In this document: piece after piece, positions 34,667-40,961 of the stretch
Layout: every line of letters begins with the position of its first letter
Numbering within the stretch: position 1 is the first letter of the stretch
From: an uncultured Thermoplasmata archaeon
GTDB taxonomy: Archaea > Thermoplasmatota > Thermoplasmata > CAZPOY01
Direction: 5' to 3'
DNA: 40,961 bases
NCBI GenBank assembly: GCA_964588345.1
Contig: CAZPOY010000002.1
Span: forward strand, 1-40,961
Position numbers and translations under genes: made by a program
The notes under the pieces: model-generated
What the model was told of the DNA's origin: nothing
Seen by the model: only the letters and a program-made list of their open reading frames with translations
Database searches by the model: none

Positions 34667-34771
34667 TTAAGATGCCTCCAATACTTCAATGAAGTCAAGC
34701 ACGAATTTGTCTAAAGATTCCAGGTTTCTTTTTATTTGATAACCCGAATCCTTTTTTTCAATCTTCATCAT
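34667..34771 (-). CDS. Mini-ORF (34 aa), hypothetical
   Basis: My own translation gives MMKIEKKDSGYQIKRNLESLDKFVLDFIEVLEAS. Its stop TAA is directly followed by the ATG of the next mini-ORF. It is below the track's length cutoff. Confidence 0.25.
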   Translation of the reverse strand: MMKIEKKDSGYQIKRNLESLDKFVLDFIEVLEAS

Positions 34772-34878
34772 CCTATAGAAAGAATGGAATTCATGATATT
34801 TCAAATTGACTATTAAGCTTCATATTTTTCCCACCTATTGCACATGAAGGTTTTCCAATATCACCTCCACCTGACCAA

Positions 34879-35058
34879 TCAATGCCTTCCAATCCGGTCG
34901 GTTTTTTCTTGGAATGTAATGATTTGTGGATTTTGCTACAATTCCCGGGTCCATCCATTCATTGCTTCTATTACGTCGGTTGAAAATATGACCCCCTTTT
35001 CCGGGACTATGTCCAGTATGTTTCGTTCAACGGGGGAAAGGTAGTAATTTTTCTGCAT
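34879..35058 (-). pseudogene. Possible decayed small HTH-like gene with an in-frame TAG
   Basis: MQKNYYLSPVERNILDIVPEKGVIFSTDVIEAMNGWTREL, then TAG (34936-34938), then QNPQIITFQEKTDRIGRH and TGA. Further 8-10 codon ORF fragments follow downstream, which suggests decay. Confidence 0.25.
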
Positions 35059-35264
35059 TAAATAATTGATATGGTTATTAACTAAATAAATTCAACTACT
35101 TTGAGAATATTGTATTATTCGTAAATCATACATTTCATCAATTTTTCATGGTTATGTCTGTCTGATAGATTGTATGTTGAGTACAGATATATCCCTTCTT
35201 CTCATGACTAATTAATCTAACGGATAACTGTACACTGACAGGGAGTTTAATCACTCCTCCCAGG

Positions 35265-35771
35265 ATGGAGAAGGTTTTGCCTGAACTTGAACGGTGGTTG
35301 AAAGAATATCGGAAAAGAGACATCGAAGGAGAGGAGGTTTTCAGATTGGGGGCTTGGATGCATTACGAATTTGAAAGGATTCACACCTTTGCAGACGGAA
35401 ACGGCAGAATAGGACGGCTTTTATTGAATCTCCATCTTATTAAAAGAAACTGGCCTCCGGTTCACGTTCTTCCCATGCATCGAAACGATTATCTTCACGG
35501 GCTGAACGAGGCTTCAAACGGTGATTTCAATGAACTTGAGAACCTGTTGAAGGTCTTGATGGCTTCCAGTCTCCTGGACCTCCTTGACCAGATTGGGACA
35601 TCCAAGGATGAACTCTTGCCCTTGAAGGCATTTACGGAATCAACTTCATACAGTTCCCAATATCTCGCTCTCAGATGCAAGCAGGGAAAATTCCCGGCTC
35701 TCAAGGAAAGAGGCGAATGGCGGACTACGAAAAGGGCCTTGGAATTATATACAAAGCATATTGCAAGGTAG
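35265..35771 (+). CDS. Fic-domain protein (AMPylase family), N-terminally short, with a C-terminal HTH-like tail
   Basis: HTFADGNGRIGR matches the Fic motif HxFx(D/E)GNGRxxR. Only 41 residues precede the motif, and the frame is closed by TGA at 35205-35207. Confidence 0.8.
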   Translation: MEKVLPELERWLKEYRKRDIEGEEVFRLGAWMHYEFERIHTFADGNGRIGRLLLNLHLIKRNWPPVHVLPMHRNDYLHGLNEASNGDFNELENLLKVLMASSLLDLLDQIGTSKDELLPLKAFTESTSYSSQYLALRCKQGKFPALKERGEWRTTKRALELYTKHIAR

Positions 35772-35855
35772 AGATATATCACTTTGAAATTCAAAATTAT
35801 CCCATAAATATCCCACCAAAAACTAATAATCCATCCCGCTTTTGACCTTCTGGAG

Positions 35856-37259
35856 ATGAAGATGTCACTCAAGGTCTACAATACAGCGACCCGTGAAAAA
35901 GAAGAGTTCGTGCCTGTAAACGACAAGAAAGTGGGCATGTACGTTTGTGGCGTCACGGTTTACGACCACTCTCACATCGGGCACGCCCGTTCATATGTTG
36001 CCTTCGACGTCATCAGAAGATATCTCGAATACAAGGGATACGACGTCACATACATTCAGAATTTCACCGATGTCGACGACAAGATTATCAAAAAAGCCAA
36101 AGAATCTGAAAGGAATGCCCTTGAAATCAGTTCCGAATACATCGATTCCTACATGGAGGACATGCACCGGCTGAATGTAATGGACGCAAACCATTATCCC
36201 AAGGCCAGCGAGTTCATCCCGGAGATGATAAGTGTCGTCGAAGACCTCATCGAGAAGGGTCACGCATACGAATCCGACGGCGACGTTTATTTCTCGCTCA
36301 CATCGGCCCTGGACCGTTTCGGAACCCTTACCCATCAATCACCCGAAGACATGATGGCTGGTGCAAGAGTTTGCGTGACCGATGCGAAAAAAGACCCCCG
36401 GGATTTCGCCCTTTGGAAGAAAGCCAAACCCGGTGAAATAAAGTGGGACAGCCCCTGGGGAGAAGGACGGCCTGGCTGGCACATCGAATGTTCCACCATG
36501 TCCACCCATTACCTCGGACCCACCCTCGACATCCACGGGGGAGGGCAGGACCTGATGTTCCCACATCACGAATCCGAAATTCTGCAAAGCGAATGCCACA
36601 CGGGAGAAAATTACTGCAAGTACTGGTTACACAACGGCTTTGTCCAGATTAACCAGGAGAAGATGAGCAAGTCCCTGGGCAATTTCTTCACCATCAAGGA
36701 AATTCTGAAAAAGTATCACCCCATGGCCCTGAGGTTTTTCCTGGTTTATACGCATTACCGGTCCCCCATCGATTTTTCCGACGAGCACATGGACGAAGCG
36801 GGCAAGAGTTACCAGCGACTTAAGAGAACCTATCTCGACCTAAAGGAATTTGAAGCGTGCGGTGAGAGCGTGGACCTCATAGACGAAAGCAAGAATGCTC
36901 TTGAGGATTTCGAAGGGGGGATGAACGACGACTTCAACACAAGGGACGCCCTTGCCGCCACTTTCGATCTTGTGAGGAAGGTCAATCAGTCTTTGAATCA
37001 GAATCGCATTTCTCAAGATGAAAAAGAGCACCTCTTGAGCGTTTTCGACAAGATGTGGTCGGTCTATGGTTTCACATTCGAAGAAGAGAAGGCCGAGGGG
37101 CTTGAAGAAGACCTCATCAAGTTGATGCTTGAGATACGTGAAAAAGCAAGAGAGAACAAGCAGTGGGATACCGCCGATGCGATCCGTGATGGACTTTTAG
37201 ACCTGGGAATCCTCATCGAGGATTCGGACCAAGGCCCCAAGTGGCGCATGGAGGAGTAA
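35856..37259 (+). CDS. cysS: Cysteine--tRNA ligase
   Basis: It has an LKVYNT N-terminus, HIGHARSY (the HIGH motif), KMSKS and the WHIECS zinc-site region. Confidence 0.95.
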   Translation: MKMSLKVYNTATREKEEFVPVNDKKVGMYVCGVTVYDHSHIGHARSYVAFDVIRRYLEYKGYDVTYIQNFTDVDDKIIKKAKESERNALEISSEYIDSYMEDMHRLNVMDANHYPKASEFIPEMISVVEDLIEKGHAYESDGDVYFSLTSALDRFGTLTHQSPEDMMAGARVCVTDAKKDPRDFALWKKAKPGEIKWDSPWGEGRPGWHIECSTMSTHYLGPTLDIHGGGQDLMFPHHESEILQSECHTGENYCKYWLHNGFVQINQEKMSKSLGNFFTIKEILKKYHPMALRFFLVYTHYRSPIDFSDEHMDEAGKSYQRLKRTYLDLKEFEACGESVDLIDESKNALEDFEGGMNDDFNTRDALAATFDLVRKVNQSLNQNRISQDEKEHLLSVFDKMWSVYGFTFEEEKAEGLEEDLIKLMLEIREKARENKQWDTADAIRDGLLDLGILIEDSDQGPKWRMEE

Positions 37260-37260
37260 G

Positions 37261-37836
37261 TTGCCCGAATACTACCCGTGGGGAGGCGAATTCCATACGG
37301 GCAATCCTGATTCCAGCATCGCTGTGGCAACCCTGGCAAAGAAAATGAAATTGCCTGAAGACAAAGTAGCCATCCACGGCCCAGTGAAAACGGAAAACCT
37401 TGGTGTGGAAAAGGTCGTGGCCAACATCATCTCCAATCCCCATATCCGCCATCTCATCGTTTTTGGTGAAGAGGTCAAGGGGCATCGGTCCGGTCATTCT
37501 CTTGTCTCGCTTTGGAAAAACGGTTTTGACGATAACGGCAGGATAATCGGGGCCAAGGGCGCCGTCCCTTACGTCGAGAATTTGGACCTTGAAGCGGTAA
37601 GAAGGTTTCAGGAACAGGTGACGGTCCACGACATGATAGGAAAGACGGACGAAGAAGAGTTGATGGCGGCGGTCACCGAACTTTACGAAAGAAATGACCC
37701 ATCCTTTGGTGACCCCTACATCGCCATCAAGGCCGAGCGCGTCAGCACGGTAAGTCTTTCGGACAAGGCGGCCCTTCACGAAACCATCCTCATCGACCCG
37801 TATCTTGAAGTGAAAAAAATGGACAGGAGTGAATGA
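37261..37836 (+). CDS. MtrA-like corrinoid-binding protein, soluble (no C-terminal membrane helix)
   Basis: YPWGGEFHTGNPDSSIAVATL and IVFGEEVKGHRSGHSLVSLWKNG, which contains the cobalt-ligand His region, resemble tetrahydromethanopterin S-methyltransferase subunit A. The TTG start lies 1 nt after the cysS stop. Confidence 0.7.
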   Translation: MPEYYPWGGEFHTGNPDSSIAVATLAKKMKLPEDKVAIHGPVKTENLGVEKVVANIISNPHIRHLIVFGEEVKGHRSGHSLVSLWKNGFDDNGRIIGAKGAVPYVENLDLEAVRRFQEQVTVHDMIGKTDEEELMAAVTELYERNDPSFGDPYIAIKAERVSTVSLSDKAALHETILIDPYLEVKKMDRSE

Positions 37837-38764
37837 TTTGCTGGGATTTTCAAGTGAACAGAGAGAGGTGAAGTTAGGCAACATCACCATAGGCGGGCAA
37901 CCGGGAAAAAACCCCACATTGCTCTTGGGGACGGTGCTCTACGGAAAGAAATACCGCACCCTGAACGACGACAATCGGAATGAAGCGAAAAAATTCATCG
38001 AGGTCCAGCGCGAGGTTTCGGAAAAGACGGGCGTTTGGTCCATGGTGGACGTTTATCTGCCCAGTTCGGAAACGGCGAGGCAGCGCCTGGAATTTGTAAT
38101 CGACCATCTCGAAGAAGGCGAATTCATCTCCATTGACGTTCCCGAATCGGAAGTGCGGACCAAAGCGTTGAAAATCCTTTCTGAAATGGGTTTTCTTCAA
38201 CGAACCCTCCTGAATTCCATCAATCTGGGGATAACGGAAGAAGAGAGAAAAGCTTTGGAAGACAATACACCCGCTTCAGCTATCCTCCTTGCATACGACC
38301 CGAGGGACATGTCCACCCACGGTCGCTTGAACATGATAAAGAACGGGACTAGAGAGATGGAAGAAGGATTCCTGGACCTTTCTGAAAGACTGGGCATGCT
38401 TCCGATAATTGATACGGCTGCCACGCCTTTTGAACACAGCGCCGCTGAAACGTTGCGGGCCATCCCCGTTTTCAAGGAGGACCTGGGCATTCCCGTGGGC
38501 TGTTCCATTCACAACATCGTAGAGTCGTGGCGATGGATGAAGAAATACAAGAAGGAGAACAAGGGCATCTATCTCTATTCAGACGTCGGTTCAGCCGGAC
38601 TTCCTTTGACACTGGGAGCAGATTTTCTGGTTTACGGACCCATCCGGAACGCCGGACCCGTATTCCCTTACGTCGCTTTCGTCGACAAGATAATTGGAGA
38701 AGGAGGCAGGGACTATTTCGGCGTCGAAGCGCATGAAAGGCATCCCGTTCGGAGACTACCATGA
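37829..38764 (+). CDS. MtrH-like methyl-pterin:corrinoid methyltransferase
   Basis: FSSEQREVKLGNITIGGQPGKNPTLLLGTVLYGKKY matches the MtrH N-terminal signature. The GTG start overlaps the mtrA-like stop by 8 nt. Confidence 0.75.
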   Translation: MNDLLGFSSEQREVKLGNITIGGQPGKNPTLLLGTVLYGKKYRTLNDDNRNEAKKFIEVQREVSEKTGVWSMVDVYLPSSETARQRLEFVIDHLEEGEFISIDVPESEVRTKALKILSEMGFLQRTLLNSINLGITEEERKALEDNTPASAILLAYDPRDMSTHGRLNMIKNGTREMEEGFLDLSERLGMLPIIDTAATPFEHSAAETLRAIPVFKEDLGIPVGCSIHNIVESWRWMKKYKKENKGIYLYSDVGSAGLPLTLGADFLVYGPIRNAGPVFPYVAFVDKIIGEGGRDYFGVEAHERHPVRRLP

Positions 38765-39702
38765 ATGACGGGGCAATACCAGGAAAATTCAAATTAAATG
38801 AAAATGAATTGACCACAACGGTAGTCGGAAGTTTCCCGGAATATCCAAGGCCTTTTGAAATAGATGAATCAAGAAAGCATTTTCAAAACGACCCTTTCGA
38901 AGGTCCTTTTAGAAGGAGCATCGAAGCCCAGATAAGTGCTGGAGTGGACATCATTTCCGACGGACAGACCCGGGCGGACATGGTTTCCCTTTTCACCAGA
39001 AATCTCGGGGGTTTCCGGATGAAGGACAAATGGGAGGTAATAGGAGACGTCTCTTACCGGAGGTCCATCACAGTTGACGACCAGGTCCGTGCAAAAGGTC
39101 TCATCGGTGGCAGAACGTTTCTCAAGGGCATAATCACCGGTCCTTTTACCATTTTCAAATCCGTGAGAAATCTTCATTACGAGGATGCAGACGAACTCAT
39201 CTTTGACCTTGCGGGAGCGTTGAATGAGGAAGCGAGAAAATTATCAAAAACCGTTGACGTACTGCAGTTCGACGAACCGTTTCTCTCGGTTGATTATTAT
39301 GAGAAAAGTGATGAAATGATGGAGAAACTTGTCGACGGCGTTGATGTCCCGATTTCGTTACATGTATGCGGTGATGTTTCTGATGTTATTTCATCGTTGA
39401 ACGAACTTCCGGTGGACATATTGGACCACGAATTCGCCAAGAACCCTCATCTCATCGAAGCGTTTGGACAGGCAAGCTGGGAAAAAAGCATTGGATACGG
39501 ATGCGTAAGGTCGGATGATACCAGGGTGGAAACCGTTTCTGAAATCGAAGAGAACATCCGGCGCATCCTGAAACATTTTCCTGCCGAAAGGATTCTCCCC
39601 GACCCGGACTGCGGTCTGGGGAACCTTGACATTACTTCAGCAATGGGAAAGCTGGAGAACATGACCCAGGCCGTTTCGAATGTTCGGGAGGAACTTCCTT
39701 GA
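38761..39702 (+). CDS. Core (single-domain) MetE-type methionine synthase
   Basis: TTVVGSFPEYPRP is at the N-terminus. The zinc-ligand pattern is LHVCGD (HxC), DHEF (Glu) and DPDCGL (Cys), as in the MetE catalytic domain. At 313 aa there is no folate-binding N-terminal half. The start overlaps the upstream stop (ATGA). Confidence 0.75.
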   Translation: MNDGAIPGKFKLNENELTTTVVGSFPEYPRPFEIDESRKHFQNDPFEGPFRRSIEAQISAGVDIISDGQTRADMVSLFTRNLGGFRMKDKWEVIGDVSYRRSITVDDQVRAKGLIGGRTFLKGIITGPFTIFKSVRNLHYEDADELIFDLAGALNEEARKLSKTVDVLQFDEPFLSVDYYEKSDEMMEKLVDGVDVPISLHVCGDVSDVISSLNELPVDILDHEFAKNPHLIEAFGQASWEKSIGYGCVRSDDTRVETVSEIEENIRRILKHFPAERILPDPDCGLGNLDITSAMGKLENMTQAVSNVREELP

Positions 39703-39989
39703 ACTCTTTTACGGAAAAATTCGTCAGGGACCCAAAGGGCTTCTTTCTCATCTACCTGGACGAAAAACGGGAGAAAATCGTCGTCGAGCACTATCACAAT
39801 TCGAAGCTCCACAAGGCAGGGGCCGGCAAGCTGAACGTGGTCATCGAGGGGACCGATGGAAAAAAAATTCTGCGGGAAATCGAAAGACGAGGACTCATCG
39901 GGAGAGAAGACCACAGGCAATATATGGAACGGGAACTGATAAGGGCGCAAGAAGCCCTGGAGAGAGGGACGGAGTTCGTGCAGGCGTGA
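39699..39989 (+). CDS. Small protein resembling DUF4346 (a domain often found with pterin-binding proteins)
   Basis: DPKGFFLIYLDEKREKIVVEHY ... HRQYMERELIRAQEAL recalls the DUF4346 pattern as I remember it; this needs an HMM check. The TTG start overlaps the metE-like stop (TTGA). Confidence 0.45.
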   Translation: MNSFTEKFVRDPKGFFLIYLDEKREKIVVEHYHNSKLHKAGAGKLNVVIEGTDGKKILREIERRGLIGREDHRQYMERELIRAQEALERGTEFVQA

Positions 39990-40201
39990 AAGTGCATTTA
40001 AAAAAAATAAGCATGAATTACGTTCTTCTCGAAGTATCTTTCCACCGTGTAGGCCATATTAGGCCTTAGATGGCCCATGAATATGTGTCAATTACGGATT
40101 GGGGGGGTGGGTTAAAGTGACTACGTAAAAAATGAATTGAAAAAATCATTTAAAAAATATTATATATGAAAAACCCATTTCGGTGCATAGGTGAGGTTGG
40201 T

Positions 40202-40333
40202 ATGACAAAAAACCACATTTTCCCAATAGTCGCAGTGTTTTTAATGGTAAGTTCCGCGTTCTTTGTAACTGGAATGGCATCAGAAAAAGAAAGTACAAAA
40301 ACGGATAATCCAACCAGAGAGATTTTCTTATGA
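40202..40333 (+). CDS. Mini-ORF (43 aa) with a signal-peptide-like N-terminus
   Basis: An AGGTGAGG SD lies 5 nt upstream. The product is MTKNHIFPIVAVFLMVSSAFFVTGMASEKESTKTDNPTREIFL. The stop overlaps the next ATG (ATGA at 40330-40333). Confidence 0.3.
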   Translation: MTKNHIFPIVAVFLMVSSAFFVTGMASEKESTKTDNPTREIFL

Positions 40334-40941
40334 GAAAAACCTCTGAAAATGAATCAGTTAGAAAAATAGGATTAATATTATTAATGTGGTCAATAATATG
40401 TATAATGCTAAACCCCAGTTTCATTTCGAAGGCGGGTTATGACTCAACCAATTGTGAGATTAATGATATTCCGTGGGCTGGTCTTAGAGGAAATGAACAA
40501 AATACAGGTTGTAGTCAAATCAACACGAGTAAAAATAACGGTCAATTGATTTGGTCTGCGAAAACAGGGGAAATATTGAGTTCAGGTATTGTAATCAGCA
40601 AAAACAACACATTATTTTTCTGCTCTAAGGAAAGCACGCTTATCTCATTATTGAATGGAACGATTATGTGGAGATTTAACACAACCCACGATACTCCCTC
40701 AACTCCTGCTATTGGAAATAATGAAATGATTTATTTTGGTTCTAGGGATAGTTATTTGTATTCTGTAACTTCTGAAGGAGTTCTTGAATGGAAATACAAA
40801 ACTGGTGGTGCAATAAATCATAGTCCTTTAGTTGGAAACAACGGTACAATTTATTTCGGTTCGGATGACCATCTTTTCTATGCTCTGAACCCAGATGGAA
40901 CCTTAAAATGGACATTTAGAACAAATGGAGAGATGAAATGA
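40330..40941 (+). CDS. Secreted PQQ/BamB-like beta-propeller repeat protein, ending at an in-frame TGA with the repeat continuing beyond it
   Basis: It has an N-terminal hydrophobic helix. The repeats read W..KTG..I.SSP.IG.NGTIYFGS.D..LYA. The gene is AT-rich compared with its neighbours. After the TGA at 40939-40941 the same frame reads VLIGNG, which continues the repeat pattern. Confidence 0.65.
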   Translation: MRKTSENESVRKIGLILLMWSIICIMLNPSFISKAGYDSTNCEINDIPWAGLRGNEQNTGCSQINTSKNNGQLIWSAKTGEILSSGIVISKNNTLFFCSKESTLISLLNGTIMWRFNTTHDTPSTPAIGNNEMIYFGSRDSYLYSVTSEGVLEWKYKTGGAINHSPLVGNNGTIYFGSDDHLFYALNPDGTLKWTFRTNGEMK

Positions 40942-40961
40942 GTTTTAATTGGAAATGGGAG

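Noticed and set aside
37213-37917. A 234-aa minus-strand ORF over the cysS/mtrA-like/mtrH-like junctions.
   Set aside because: It is antisense to three tightly coupled, motif-bearing genes and has no recognisable motifs.

Overview
This is an archaeal chromosomal window: it carries a group II chaperonin (thermosome), both primase subunits PriS and PriL, GGAGGTGA-type Shine-Dalgarno sites and TATA-like boxes. I cannot assign a lineage from the sequence alone. Coding density is high except for two visibly AT-rich gaps at about 15.5-16.3 kb and 33.1-35.3 kb.

Main content, in order:
1. A giant secreted S8 (subtilisin-family) protease, at least 2458 codons, on the minus strand at 1-7375. It is absent from the supplied ORF track because it runs off the window edge.
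2. Housekeeping genes: truA, a TrmJ-like methyltransferase, a radical SAM protein, priS, priL, pyrK/pyrD, a cyclophilin, a cupin, the thermosome and cysS.
3. A catalytic-domain-only tyrosine recombinase and an 850-bp non-coding AT-rich spacer with structured repeats, both lying between priS and priL.
4. An orphan proteasome-beta-like Ntn hydrolase, transcribed divergently from the thermosome gene.
5. A 997-aa protein with receiver-like modules fused to a PEP/pyruvate-binding domain.
6. A flavin/iron-sulfur amino-acid-dehydrogenase-like cluster in which a single in-frame TAA splits one protein fold.
7. An AT-rich accessory island holding a GIY-YIG gene, two tandem tRNA-like genes (one interrupted by two inserts), tandem units that repeat the tRNA 3' end, a cluster of TGTCAA/TTGACA sites, decayed mini-ORFs and an N-terminally short Fic gene.
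8. A tightly overlapping cysS - mtrA-like - mtrH-like - core metE - DUF4346-like operon.

My best candidates for something new are the tRNA-like/repeat locus at 33.7-34.3 kb, the orphan proteasome homologue (possibly linked to the soluble MtrA-like protein), the corrinoid methyl-transfer/methionine operon, and the about 783-codon separation of catalytic Asp and His in the giant protease.

All calls come from manual reading and translation. No searches or computations were run. Family names are motif-based inferences.
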